Shown: positions 1 through 12,901 of the stretch, in pieces
How the letters are laid out: every line of letters begins with the position of its first letter
How positions within the stretch are numbered: position 1 is the first letter of the stretch
Assembly: GCF_021028975.2 (NCBI RefSeq)
Contig: NC_059436.1
Coordinates: 1,984,001 to 2,048,000 of the forward strand
Reading direction: 5' to 3'
DNA from: Sphaerodactylus townsendi
Taxonomy: Eukaryota
DNA: 64,000 nt
Translations under genes and position numbers: made by a program
Notes under the pieces: generated by a model
What the model was told of the DNA's origin: nothing
Databases searched by the model: none
Seen by the model: the letters and a program-made list of their open reading frames with translations, nothing else

Positions 1-2129
1 CCATTGAAGTCCTACTCTTCAAACCTTGCTGTCCTCAGGCTTCACCCCTCAACTCAGAGCTGGCAACCCTACAAGAGGCAGATGGGTAACATGATTATTT
101 GCCTTTCTGGTAAGTGGCTGAGAATAAAGCCACGGAGTAAAATGCCCTACTTGCTCCATCATTTGTTTCCCTTAAAAGTGAGTCTGTGTGGAAATTGTTT
201 TACTGGCCTTTGATTACAATTGATAGTTTTAGTGTATTAATCTTTGCATGGAGGGCAGGCTAGGCATGGCTTGTAATCAACAAGGTGCTAAATTATGTTG
301 TCTGTGTTACAGTCTTTGGCTTTTTACATTTCTAACTTATAATTGTTCTCATCCCTACAGTCTGATAGGAAAGGAAGTATTCATGGTTGGGACACAGAAA
401 CTCTAAATGGGCAAATATCTGAGTACAAAAGAGAAGCAGCTAAATTCATGAGGTTACAACAGAAGGGTCTCCAGGATGCCAAATAATGTTGCTCTAGGGG
501 TATAGTTGGCTGCTTTGGAGGGTGGATTTTATGCCATTCTACCCCATTGAGGTCTCTCTGCCAACCCCATCCTCCCGAGGCGCCATCCCCAACTTTGTGG
601 CATTTCCCAACCCTGAGAGTTGGTATCCCTCCTCCAGAGTTATATTTGACCCACAAGGTGCAAGTAGCTCACCCCTGATTTTGTGCCACAATCCTCCCAG
701 TGTAAAATGGTGGCTGTACCTCTTGTTTCCCCATTGCTATAGGTTTGCAGCAGACAAACCTCAGACCTGCACTTCAAGCTCCAAATCTTCATTCACAGAA
801 TGGTGTTTTATTCAGTAGGCCTTGACTCAGCATCTTTACCCATTTCAGAGCTTATTGCATTAGAAAACGCCATAGGCCCCTGCCCCCCAGTCTGGAAATC
901 TCTGATGCCGCAGACACTTCCTTCAAGAACTTCTCTGACTTTCAGAGGCTGAAAGAAGAAAGTTTGGATTTGGAAGCGAAATCACCACTGTGACTGTGAT
1001 ATAGCCCAGAGCTATTTAGGGAATCAGATTAACACAAAGTCTTTATGAGCCATCAGCTGTATAACTGTGGGGGAGTGAATCAGCAGACCGGTAGCCTGGA
1101 GGCCAGCTCTTAATTGAAAATGGAGAGAGAGAATGGATGTAGGGTTATATCCAGCAGTCTGGAAAATACTTTGCATGTTTTGGATCAGGACTGGCTGGAA
1201 AATGGAAGTTTCGTCCTGTAAAAATAAGTCAGCTCAGGGTCTATTCACACTGTGAAGATGATGATCTTATGAAAAACTGTCAATGTCTGCGGCATTCTGC
1301 AAAAAGACAGGTCCCTGTTGCAGGGGGCTTACCCTATACACTTTGACAATAGGGGCTGGAAGAGGGAGCATCTGGCATATGGTAGCCTAGGAAAGTCATC
1401 TCCCAGGGGCTTTACCGTATGGCCACCATGAGCCAGACTCCATTTCAGACATACCATTGCAAATGCTTACAGCTGCAATGCCTCCAGATGGTTGTGGGAA
1501 TAGGCCAAGTCAAACATGAGTTAAATACAGCTTTTAAAAAAAGATCTCGAGATGGCGCTTGCCTTGAATTTTCTCCTTGTTTTTATTGTTAATTGTGTCA
1601 TTAATTCTATGATGCATTTTATTGCATTTTGTACACAGTTTTGTACGCAGTAATGTTTTTGCTATTGGCCACCTTGGGAATTTTGCCTGAGAAGCTGATT
1701 GTAAGTCTGAGGAATAACTAAATAAATTAAATGTTGTCATTCAAAACTGGAACAAAAAAGCTGAAGAACTGGAAAGGCGGAACCCTGTCATTTTATAGAA
1801 TAATAAGAAGGGAGCGAACGCAGTATAGTGGTTAGATTAGAACTGGGGAGACTTTGACATCAGTGGTGCACTTGAATAATTTTAGCCTCCTGCCTTAATT
1901 GTCTCAGGACCCACCTATTAATTAGCTATAGTAGTAGATGCTGGAATCCTAAGAACACTTCCTTGTAGGTCAGGCCCATTGAATAAAATGAAGCTTGCTC
2001 CTGAGAAAACCTACTCATGACAGCTTTTCTAGGCTGTAAATCTGTACACACTTCTGTGGGACAATCTCCAACTGAACATATGAAAAATTAAGAGTAACCA
2101 TAGCTAGGAAAGCACGTTGACTTAGTCTG

Positions 2130-4175
2130 GAACTTTGTGGAGCAGCAGAAGCTTCAAGAGGAAAATGGGCTTTGGATGTTACACAACATCGAGCCTGGAT
2201 CAGGGTTCAAGCATTGCAGGGACAACCAACAACTTGGCGGACTCTCTGAGCCACGATCTGACTGTTCAACCAGACTGGTCCCTGGATCAATTTTATCTAG
2301 ACCCTGTCTTTGCTGCTTGGGGGATCCCAACTATCAATTTCTTTGCTTACCACAACTTGAACTGCCAGACCTATTGCTCCAGAGCAGGGCTGGGCGAGGG
2401 GTTCAGGGGCGATCCCTTTCAGTTCAAATGGAACAGAATGTTTCTATATATTCCCCTCCCCACCCCGTTCCCCCTGCTGCACAAGACGGCAGCCAAGATC
2501 AGGGAGAATTGTACATCCTGCATTCTCATACCACCATATTGGAGCAGGCAGCCATAGTTCCCACGGCTGCACAAGATGACCAAGGGGAGCATGTTTCCCT
2601 GGCAACGGAGGATCTGCTTCTGAATGGAAGAGTTCACCATCACTATATTCCTTCCCTCCACTTGGCCGCTTGGTTGATCATTCACTGAGCAGTTGGCCTG
2701 ACAATGTGAAAGAAGTCCTGCTCTCCACTAGAAAACTCTCCACTCGCAATCATATGAAGCAGAGTGGAGACATTTTTGTGGCTGGCGGATGAGAGAAATG
2801 TTGATCCAGTTACCTGTTCTCTTCCATTGGTTTTTGAATACCTGTTGTCATTAAAAGAGTATAATTTGACCAATTTTGTCTATAAAAGTGCATTTGGCTC
2901 GTATTTTGACCTTTCATGTGGGTTTTAAACTCTGCTTTGTTGTTCTCTCACCCCTTCTGCACTAGGTTTTTGAAGGGCCTTGGTAATCTTTTCCCATAGG
3001 TTAAAGAACCTTTACCACAATGGAGTCTTCGGTTCCTTTATGGTACTAACTAGTCTTATGGGAAAGCCCTTTGAGCCTAGGGCCACATGTGATATGACTC
3101 TTCACTCCCATAAGGTGGCGTTTTTTATCACCATCATCTCTGCAAGGAGGATTAGTGACCTTAGGGTGTTGATTGCTGAGCTTCTTTTTCTTAAGTTTCC
3201 TCCGAATAACGCTAGTTATGGCCTAGTTTATACTACCTCCACAAGGTGGTTTCTTCTTTCCATCATCCATAGATGTAACATATGATTTTAAATTTAATAA
3301 TTTAAGAATAGTGTATAACCACTGTCTCATACCTAATGCCAATAAAGGTTATTGCATCTTTTCCATTCATCCCAGAACATAGTCATCCCTACTTTTTGTC
3401 CCAACCCCTCTAACAATTCTGAATGGGCTTTCTTCCACTTCCTAGATCGAAGGATGGATCTTTCTTTTTATACAGAATGCATGAGACCATTTAGAAGGGA
3501 TATCTTCTTGCTTATTGCTTTTCGGGGTCTCACAAGGGGATGGGTATCTCCACTCAAACATTTGAAAGACTGGGTTGGCCATACATCCAAAAGGCTTATG
3601 CCTTGGCAAAGGTGGACTGTCCTATGATGGTCAGCACTCAACAAGAGTTCAAGCATCGGCTGCCTTTCTAGTGAGAATCAGGATTGAAGATATCTGCAGC
3701 AACTTGGTCTTCATCCTTGATGTTTGTTCATCATTGTGCTGTGGATGTGGACTCGGTCAGAGAATCCAATTGTGTGGGGAAAGCTGCATTACAATCTATT
3801 TTCAAGTGAATGTTAATAAAGTTTCCACCTCACTCTGTCCATCCTTGGCCATTGCGATTTTCTATTGCATAACATTTGCCTCCACCTCCTGCTGGTTTAG
3901 CTTGCTACTCTCCCATGTGGGTCTGATAGAATAGGAAGAGCAACGCTTGCATTTACCTGTAACTGTTGTTCGTCGAGTGGTCTTCTGTGCAGTCACTCAT
4001 ACCCTCCCGCTGGCCCCGCTGTGCTCTGGGCAGTCAGCCACTGTGCTGTTTGCCTTTCAGTGTGTTTGTTGCATGTATACTAGAAGAGAACTGAGGAGAG
4101 TGCTCCCTCCTGTCCTCAGCCTCTGATTAGCAGAGGAGATATTCCTGTTCCAATGCAGGGAGGAGGGAGAGGAAG
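2130..4175 (+). mobile_element. Degenerate DIRS1-like tyrosine-recombinase retrotransposon, 3' part (RNase H end, MT-like domain, YR, ICR/terminal region)
   Basis: Translated motifs: (H)IAGTTNNLADSLS (RNase H C-terminus); WGIP.INFFA..NLNCQTYCS...GDPFQFKW...LY...FPLL.K...KI....CILIPPYWSRQP (DIRS MT-like domain); KPFEP...KVAFFITIISARRISDL, SFH/LSQNIVIPTFCPNP, HSTR and ATWSS (YR). The 3' segment gcatttacctgtaactgttgttcgtcgagtggtcttctgtgcagtc resembles reptile DIRS ICRs. Stops and frameshifts are present. Confidence 0.88.
3265..3356 (+). mobile_element. ~97-bp LINE 3'-end insertion interrupting the DIRS recombinase (mirror 46223-46319)
   Basis: Ends in atgccaataaaggttattg. The right arm shows an 11-bp TSD gatggaaagaa at 46212-46222 and 46320-46330. 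Removing it rejoins KVASSFH and LSQNIVIPTFCP. Confidence 0.75.
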
Positions 4176-4526
4176 TAAAATTTGGATTTGGATTTATTCA
4201 AGAATAAAAATTTGGATTTATTCAGGGAATAAAAATTATCTGTAGGGCGCCAAATAAGACAAATAACATATATTCGGATATACCCTAATATTTGGGCATA
4301 GCTGAAAAAATCTGGGTCCATCTGAATTTTTTTGGGCATTTTTTGGGCTTTTTGCATTTTGGCCTGTAGGGGGCATTTTTAAAACTAACGGCACTAAAAT
4401 TTTAGGTTATCATCCAGAGACTATCTTCCTGATAATAATGCCCAAGTTTGGTGAAGTTTGGTTCAGGGGGGCAAAGTTATGGTCCCTTAAAGTGGGTGCC
4501 CCATCCTTCATTGTTTCCAATGGGAG
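4176..4526. mobile_element. Probable DNA-transposon internal/subterminal fragment (mirror ~45076-45414)
   Basis: Contains ccaagtttggtgaagtttggttcaggggggcaaagttatgg...cattgtttccaatggg, a motif I recall as recurrent in lizard DNA transposons, plus short aaaatttggattt repeats. No TIR/TSD resolved. Confidence 0.4.
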
Positions 4527-4823
4527 AGAAGAAGAGGAGGAGGAGTTTGGATGAGTATCCCCCCCCTCTCCTGTGAGGAGACTCTGGGGCTTACAATCTC
4601 CTTGCTCTTCCCCCCTCACAACAAACACTCTGTGAGGTGGGTGGGACTGAGAGAGCTCCGAGAAGCTGTGACTAGCCCAAGGTCACCCAGCTGCATGTGT
4701 AGGAGTACAGGCTAATCTGAATTCCCCAGATAAGCCTCCACAGCTCAAGTGGCAGAGCAGGGAATCAAACCAGATTCCTCTAGATTAGAATGCACCTGCT
4801 CTTAACCAGTTCGCCAATGCTGC
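4527..4823 (-). mobile_element. Squam3-type tRNA/CORE SINE (mirror ~44770-45075, +)
   Basis: tRNA-like head (ggttaagagcagg...ggtttgattccc), CORE gggtgaccttgggctagtcac, tail ...tataaatccaaactc(ctc/ttc)n. Confidence 0.85.
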
Positions 4824-5041
4824 CTCTAATCCACATGGTATCTTGATCACTTCAGCTGCTAATTTCTTACCATGATGGTTAGGGAAAGAAAAACTTTCAT
4901 CAGAAACAGAAAAAATCATTAGACCAAGGTGTAGACGATCTCAAAAGCTCCCTCTCAGTCTTGTCTTCATAGAAGTTCAAATTTTTAAAGCCTTCGTTTA
5001 ACCATTAGACATAAACTCTACCAAGAACCATTGTGGGAATC

Positions 5042-8000
5042 AAATACAAATACAAATACAAAACCTTTAATGGCATATAAAGAGTGGTAAAATACAGATT
5101 ATGTTAAAACCAATTGACTAAAATTTACACAAAGGTTTCACTCTTGATCCAAGTGCCTTTGTTAAAAACCTGGCAACTGATTCAGTAGTGTGGGGATGAT
5201 GGTCACTAAGCAGGTGTGAAACTATTTCCTTGTCTGATCTCACTGAAAATTTCTTCAAGATGGCCTCGAGAAAAAGCAACCGATAGACTCCCAAAACTAT
5301 GCAATGATGGAGAGCTTGTGCAGTTGTTTCGGGTAGGTCTGCTTTTACCAGGAACAAGTCCTGTTCTCCTGTGGGATGCCAAGGATATCTGCCTCTTGTT
5401 TGGGCAGTCGGTAACACATTTAGCCGAAAGCAAGCATAAAATAATTCATGATGTGGATTGATTAAATTACTCATATATTTAGCCATAAAACCCGGCAATG
5501 GTGGTGAAATGCCATAAAATGTGGGAGAACAAGTTCTTATATTCCAGCTGTGAGAAGTCAGTTCCTTCAATGTCAAGAGTACGCTGTTTCAAAACTCCGG
5601 AAGCCTGTTCTTCATCCATCAGTAGGAGTTGGTCAAAAAAGATAGCACCTATGTTGTTTATTTGCTTGATAATTTTTGTGTTCCATGTGGAGTCGAAGTG
5701 CTCGCTTAACAGAAAATATGTGAGACTGCCCGGGAGTGGCTCTATAACAAGGCGTAAGCCAGTATTTAAACAACAAAGAGAGCCAAACCCGGGAAAAAAT
5801 TGTCTTGGCTCCGGTTTCTAAACAAAGAACTTGATACGTGACTGAGTTTGGGAAGACCTAATAAACGCACGTAAGAAAACAAAGATTGAACACTCTCTAC
5901 TTTCTCAGCGGTTTTTGCTCCCTCAGATTGGAGCTCCGTGAAAGTAATTGTGGCAGTAGTTTTAACTGAAAATCCCCATTGCGGCAGGAAAAAATTGACT
6001 GCCTCTGGTGTGAAAAAATCTGGATATTTCAACAATTTAATTTTACTACTTGTATTGAGAGTCTGGTGGATATGAGAGGTCCAGGTTAAGGAATGATGGA
6101 AGGTGATTCCTAAATATCTGTATGAATGGACCTGTTCAATCAATGTACCGCTTATTTTCCACGTGCTGAGTTTTTTTTGAATTCGAAAAGACCAGCACTT
6201 TGGAATTGTTATAATTAATCGACAGGCAATTGTTTGTGCAGTACGCCGCAAAGGCTTGAAGTGAAGTCTTTGCAGGCCCACCTTGGACCGAGACAGTAAC
6301 ACAGTGTCGCCTTGCATAGAGAAGTGTACATGTGGGTCTTTGTCCCAAAATGGGTGCTGCGACTTTCAGTCTGAGATAAAATGAGGAGCAAAGGTCAAGT
6401 AAATAAAGATTGAACAGGAGAGGAGCAAGTGAATACAACCCTGCTTGACTCCCTTGTTAGAAACTATAGGTGAAGTTAGGCGTTCAAGACGATCACAACG
6501 AACTTGACAGGTGTAGTTGAGGAATACAACTGGCTTAATAAGAAACAGTAATCTCTGGTCTATTCCCAACACAGTCAAATTTCCCACAGCTGATTCCTGG
6601 GGATAGAGTCGAATGCGCATTTCAAATCTAGGAAAGCCGCGAAGGAGTTTCCCACCCTTTGGGTGGCAATATTTCTCCGCCAAATGGCTTAAAACCAGAC
6701 AATGGTCAAGGGTGGATTTACCTGTGGCATATCCTATCTGTTCCGGGCCTCATAATTGAAGAGGACCAGGCAGTGAGATCGTGACATAAGGTACCTATGA
6801 AAAGCTTACTTCGTAGCCACTGAAAGCAAGCTTATGGGGCGATAGTTAGATGGATTTGATGGATCAGCCTTTTTTATGTAGGAGGTACAATGATAGCTTC
6901 CAGTCCAGTGCTTAGGGATACAGCCACTGTTGTTAATTTTGGTAAACAGGGTAGCCAAAATAGGGGCCCAGAACTCCGGGAATCTTCTAAAGAGGTCAGG
7001 GGGCAGGCCATCTGTGGGCTCCAGTTTTCCCTTGTTTTAGGTCATCAGATATAAGGGTGATCACCTCTGTCAGAGCTGATGGAGGCCATTCAGGTAAATG
7101 CTTTGCTGTCTAGCCAGTTGCACATGGAGTATCCAAAAGTTCTGGATTGCAGAAAATGGTTGTAAAATGTGTCCCCTATGCTTCCACTGAAATCTGAGAA
7201 CTGATGGCTGCATAGGGCTCACGGGCACTTGAATTAATTATACCAAAAGCTTTTTTGCTGTCTCTGGAGTTAAAGGCTTGATGGAGATTGTTCCAAATCT
7301 TTGTAAGATGTAATTTCTTTTTGGTCTTTAAAAGATCATCATGATAGGACTTTCTAGCTGCGCAGGTAATTCCTTTGATAGCTAACAATTTCTTTTCCTC
7401 TAAGTTCACAATGATGAAATAACTTCCTCGGAGTTGGGACTTGCTGCTCATACACATTCTCACAAACTAGGTGGAGGGATTCACTGAATGTGAAAATTTA
7501 TGATGTGATTGATTACTGGAACCCTGGAATGGTTAGATAGGAAACCAGTTCATATTGGTAGATTTGACAAACCTCCTCTGCTGTCCTTTGCAGCAGTTAA
7601 CTGTTGAAGAAAGTTAGCCATCCGATCATCAGAAAGGAATGAGCGACGCTGGTTCAGTTTCTTTATGCGCCCAGCTGGCCGGACATGACAGGAAGACCCT
7701 TCTTCCTGAGCTGATTTGCTTTGAAGGGATTTGTTTATTAGTCTAAGAAGAAGGGGAGAGTGCTCACTTTCCGCTCTGAGCTGCTAATTGCAAAGTGAGC
7801 AATGTGGTTTGTTAGTTCAGGCGATATTATTACATAATCAATCACACTCACCCCACGTGCAGATCTAAACGTGAACTTTCCAGGGTAATCAAAGGGAGGA
7901 AGACCATTTAAAATTACCCTATTTGCTGATAGGCAAAGGTCTATCAAATGCGGGGAGCTGCTTGATTTATGGTGCGGACGCTGGACAACCTGCATTGGAG

Positions 8001-8383
8001 ATATGGTGTCAGATTGAATTTCATCCAAATTTAAGTTTACATCTTTGACTTAGGGCTGAATCATTTTCTCCCATCCTGGTGTTTAGATCACTCAGCAATG
8101 ACGACGGGTGTCAGAGGATGTTCTTGCTCGGCCGGAAGTATGTATTGATGGAATCGTGACCAGTTCTCTACAAGAATGCTTGCCTCTTCTGCGGGTGGCA
8201 AATAAACATTTACTAGTAAAAATTTCAGATTGAGCTGCGAAATCAATAGGGCTTGGGCCAAAGGCGGGCACGAGTTTAGTGCTACTGCATTGATTTCTGC
8301 GTTGAGAGAGACTAGGATACAAGTACCTGCTCTCATCCTCCCTCTGGCTTTTAACCTGAATGCTGGAATTGAGAAGGAGGCAT
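5042..8383 (-). mobile_element. 5'-truncated non-LTR retrotransposon (APE endonuclease + RT + C-terminal Cys/His motif; RTE/RTEX-like), frameshifted as assembled
   Basis: Minus-strand motifs: LLVNVYLPP and ILNG...FTF....SVIDYVIIS (APE); NKGVKQGC, LAPLLFNLYL, LLYA/DTVLLS, INYNNSKVLVF and HSYRYLGITF (RT); FRLNVLPTAQTRGRY...ETTAQALHHC (C-terminus). The 3' end is atgccattaaaggtttt+(gtattt)n. 13-bp TSD cattgtgggaatc at 5029-5041 and 8384-8396. Clade assignment is from motif recall only. Confidence 0.92.
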
Positions 8384-10984
8384 CATTGTGGGAATCCTGA
8401 CTGCCGCTTCTTCATTGCCTTCCCCCTCATGATTTATTCCTGGCAAGTGGATAAAACCCCTTGTGTGACCATACACACACACTTTGATGCTCCCACACTC
8501 CCACCCCTCTAACACACACCATTTGAAATATTGGCTAATGAGCTATTCATCTATAATATACTCTCTAAGAGGAGCCAGCCGCCTCAACCATATCAACTCG
8601 CAAATCATCTTGGGTGACACTTTATAACAGAGCTATTCTCATCTGCCTTTTGGCAGTGGCAAGCTGTGGGCCGTGTGGGAAGAAAGAACGCAAAAAAAAG
8701 CCACACATCTTATTTTCCGTCATAGCGTAAACAGGGTTAAAGTGGGAGAGAAACCCACAAGTCTGCCACAAATTGCCTCTCTGTGGTCCCAGCTCTCTTT
8801 GCCCTACCAGCAAGAGTCAGCATCAAAAAGGATTACAAGGTGGAGCAGAGTAGCCTAGCTGTCTGCTTACTCTCTTAAGTAAAAGGATCAATCAGTCTCT
8901 GTGGTGAGCCGCCCCAGACCACCATTTCCAAGCCCAGTTCCCTTTGCTAGGCAGCCCCTGATTTCCCAGATTGAAACCAGGTATTTCAGGGAGCTTGAGA
9001 AACTCAGCATCAAACACTTTCTTGTGCTGACTGACCTCCCGCTTCCACGCCTGTAAACAATTATTTTTTGTCAAATTATCTTCTCTGATTTAATAAAAAT
9101 CCATGGGCACTTTTCTTAACTGGTTTTCTATGTAGGGTAAAAATCCATTTACTAGAGGCTTCATGGGTAGAAAGGGCAGCTGAAGCGTTTCATGCCATAA
9201 GATCCCATCAAGCTTCTGTTGAAAAAAAGGACAGGGCATTTCCCCCCCTCCAGGCAGTGGGCAACCCTCACTTCTGTGGTTCAAGGGGACAGGCAGTTGG
9301 CAAACCTACTTCTGTCCAACCAAATTCTGAAGCAGAGGTGATGAACATTCACTGGAATGGGGATGTATGAGCCATGGAGGGTCAGGTGTACCCCCAAATC
9401 TCCACAGATCTCCAGTCCCAACCCAGAGCTGGCAACCATAGGAAGTGTTCTGCATGCAAGGTGTTTTTCCTTGTGGAAGAGAGCATTCAAAGATCTCCCC
9501 ACCCCCACTAAAAGTCAAGCATTCTTTCCATTTTAAGTTTTCACATAGGAGAGTCTCCAGAAGCAAGATTTCTATGTTGTGAAACAGCATCAATTGTAGG
9601 GGACACTGCAAATAAAACTGAAGATACCTTTTAAATTGATCGCGTCTATGCTCTCCCATTCTGAAATTAAAAGTAAAGGAAACCTAATGATATTCCCACT
9701 TATATCACACAACTATAGGTAACCAGATGTTACTTTTCCAGCAATCCCCAGATTCCTGTTTTTTTTCCATACAGTATAAAGCCTGCTTTAAGTACTTACC
9801 CCCCCCTCCACCCAATTTAAGGCACCATCAATGACTCGACACTTTTTTTTATACCTTCTTCCCATCATGTGAGGAATTGGTGCTAGAGAGCAAATTGCAC
9901 AATTTCCTGTCAGATTCTTTCCCCACATCTAGATCTTCATTTCCTAAGGGAAATATTTTAAGATTTTTTAATGTAAGGTGACAGAATCAGCTTTTACACC
10001 TGTGACACACATTCTAATTTTTTCTTAACACGCTTATCATTCCTCTACTCCAAAGGGGCTTTTGCATTTTTTAAAGAATTACATATTAAATGTAATCTTG
10101 AATGTTCTGTTTGAAGGCAAGCATTCCAACAATACAACAAAGAGGTTTCTAGACAACATCAAAGAACACTTGTTCCTTCCTCAGACATGCACATATAAGT
10201 CAGTGTATTAATACAGCAGATATCCCAGATTCTTACGTAACTCATTCTAGGTTGTCTTGGTGCTTTTACATGTTCATTTCCTCTCACAGAATTGTATTTT
10301 TTAACTCATGATTTCCTCCAAGGAATTCAGAGTACCATACATGGTTCTTTATTTTATCCTCCTAACAACCCTGTGAGGTGGAGTTTAGGCTGAGAGAGTG
10401 ACTGGTCTAAGGTCACCCAATCAGCTCTTCAAAGTCATGGATTTGAGCCCAGATTTTAACAGTCAGGCAGCCCAATCCTATTGGGGGGGGGGGGGGGGGG
10501 GGAGGGAGGGAGGAAAGGGACTTACACCAGAGGGAGGGCAATTGGAAGGTGAGCAGGGTGCTGTGGACCTTGGGACACCTGACCTGGAAGATGGCCTGGC
10601 CTCCTAAAGCAGTGTGGTTGTCCAGGAGGACACTGGCACAGTGGGAAGCATCTCTTGGGGAAGGAGACTGACTTGGTCAGCTTCCACCCGGGCTTTGGAG
10701 CTCGGAATGCCCTAGCGTTGCCTCTTGCAGCTACAATTCACCAGAAAGGATGGCATAAAGTCCATTTTTTTGGGCTATGGAGTATTTCCTGTCCCCCAAG
10801 GCAGCATTGGCAACCCTACCAACTCCTGGAAAATTCAAGACTTCTGCCTAGTTTGCCAAAGGACTGAGGTAAAATATTTATTGGAAGAGGGGTATGTCAG
10901 AAGCAAGAAGACCACCAAAGTTACTGTCACACAATATATAATTAATCTAGGGAATTTGATGGACCAGAATTAGGTGAGAATTGT

Positions 10985-11225
10985 TGGCTGCTGGGTCTGG
11001 CACATTAAAAGTACATCAGCCATATTCAGTTGCAGAGACAACGGTAGTGTACCAGTTTCTAGCAGGGGTGGCCGGTGAGGGCAGCATAGAGGGGAAAGGC
11101 TAGTTGCTTTGTTGCCCTGCTTGTAGGGGCGCTCCCCAGACCCGACATCTGGTTGTCCATTGTAGGAAACAAGATGCTGGGCTAAATGGATCTTGAGCCT
11201 GGTCCAGCAGGCACCTCTTTGTTTT
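10985..11225 (+). mobile_element. Old CR1 LINE 3' fragment (mirror ~41885-42110)
   Basis: ...aagatgctgggctaaatggatcttgagcctggtccagcaggc... resembles the CR1 3' terminal region. The tail is degraded. Confidence 0.5.
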
Positions 11226-12485
11226 TTCTCTTTAAGGGGAGGTGCCTGGAGCTCCTTCCCCTTTTGGTTCTTCCATCCTGTTCCAGGATCAGTTCCCCCC
11301 ATGTCTGCTGTTTATGGGAAACAAAGCAGCAAGAGATCTAATAATGGCTCTCCCAACATTTCATCTGATGTGGTCCCTGGCAGTATCGCACTACACAAGT
11401 AGTAGATGCGTAGTGCTCATCCACACACACAAATCGAAATTCACATGGAATGCTCATCAGAAGGAAATGCATTCGGGATATGTCTTTCAAGGGTTATCTT
11501 CGCTTTCTACTGTGTGCAGGGATTTTCTAATGTAACCATGTTTTGCTTATTTATTGACTATGCCCATGCATTCTAGTCCAGAAACTTGCTGGGACATTCG
11601 GGCTTTGTGATGCCACTTATGTCCCTGTGACTGGCCTTCACATGAAGAAAACAGAGTTGGGCTCTGATCAGCCCAGATTTGTGACCTTTAACTGCTAAGT
11701 CAATGGAAGAGGCAACTGTCTTGGGTAGAATAACTGCTGGCAGTTTCCTGAGTTGAGAAAACTGGGTGGGGTCTCAATTGAGATCCAGCCCATGCATGCA
11801 ACCATAAACCCATCTCCTTCTAATTTCATTTTACCTAAGAGTTTCCAAAACTCTACGGAAACATTTGACACTTAAAAATAGAGCTGGAATGCTGTTTGGA
11901 AATGTGGTTAGAGTATTGATAGTGCTTTTGGAGATATTTATACTTCTTTTCTCTCCCAGAATTTTTTTGCAATCATCTTGAAAGCTTAACTTTAAATAGG
12001 CACATGAGTGTGGGCATTCCAGAATGAGTACAGATGATCATTTTTGAGGAACACAATGTGGAAACACCAATTCACCTTCTCAACTCTCCAGCGCTTGAGA
12101 TTTGTTCCTCGTGATCTCGTGCATACTACCTGTTTACAGAAAAATCGGAAGGGGGGGGATATGCTCATTTTGTTTGTCACCTTTTTAAAAACATGGATGT
12201 TACAAGTGGGAACAGAGATGCCAACTCCACCTAGGCTTTGTTGCATGCATAACATGAAGGCTCTGCAGCGCTTAGGCATTCCTAACCAGATGTATGAAGA
12301 GACCAGTAAATGCACCACATTTCAATGGGATTCACTCCTAGTAAGCTATTGTTAGCATTGCAACCTTTAGATGCCACATATGACAAGCAAATCAGGTCTT
12401 GTACAGAACAAATAAAATCAGAAGGCTTAACTTTTTTGGTGGGGGGCAGGCCCTCGCTGGTAGGGAAAATAGACACATGTGAAAA

Positions 12486-12780
12486 AAAAAGACTTGGCTT
12501 TTATAACCCACCTTTCTCTAGCACAGTAAAGAGTCTCAAAGCAGCTTACAATGGACTTCCCCTCCCCCACAACAGATGTCTTTGTGAGGTAGAGGTGGAG
12601 GCTAAGAGTTCTGAAGGGACTGTGGCAAGCCCAAGATCACCCACATGGCTTTATGGGTAGGAGTGAGGAATGAATTCTCCAGATTAGAGTCTGCTGCTCA
12701 TGTGGAGAAATGGGGAATTAAAACCGGTTATCCAGACATATAGAGCCCGCTGCTCATGTGGAAAAGTGGGGAATCAAAGG
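12486..12780 (-). mobile_element. Squam3-type SINE with an internally duplicated head (mirror ~40435-40715)
   Basis: CORE and tail motifs present. The segment gctgctcatgtgga(g/a)aa..ggggaat occurs twice (~12692 and ~12749). Confidence 0.75.
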
Positions 12781-12901
12781 ATTTCTTTATTTTATCTTCG
12801 TGTAATCCTCCCTTTATAGTTAGCAAACTCATATATAAAAAAAAAAGCAATTGCTTGAATCTGTCCCTTCTGCTCTTTCTCTGCTAATATGTACATATAT
12901 A

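Noticed and set aside
10484-10512. G-run as a functional G-quadruplex
   Set aside because: The homopolymer length differs greatly between arms (shorter at ~42556-42581), it lies in a probable repeat, and the length is unreliable.
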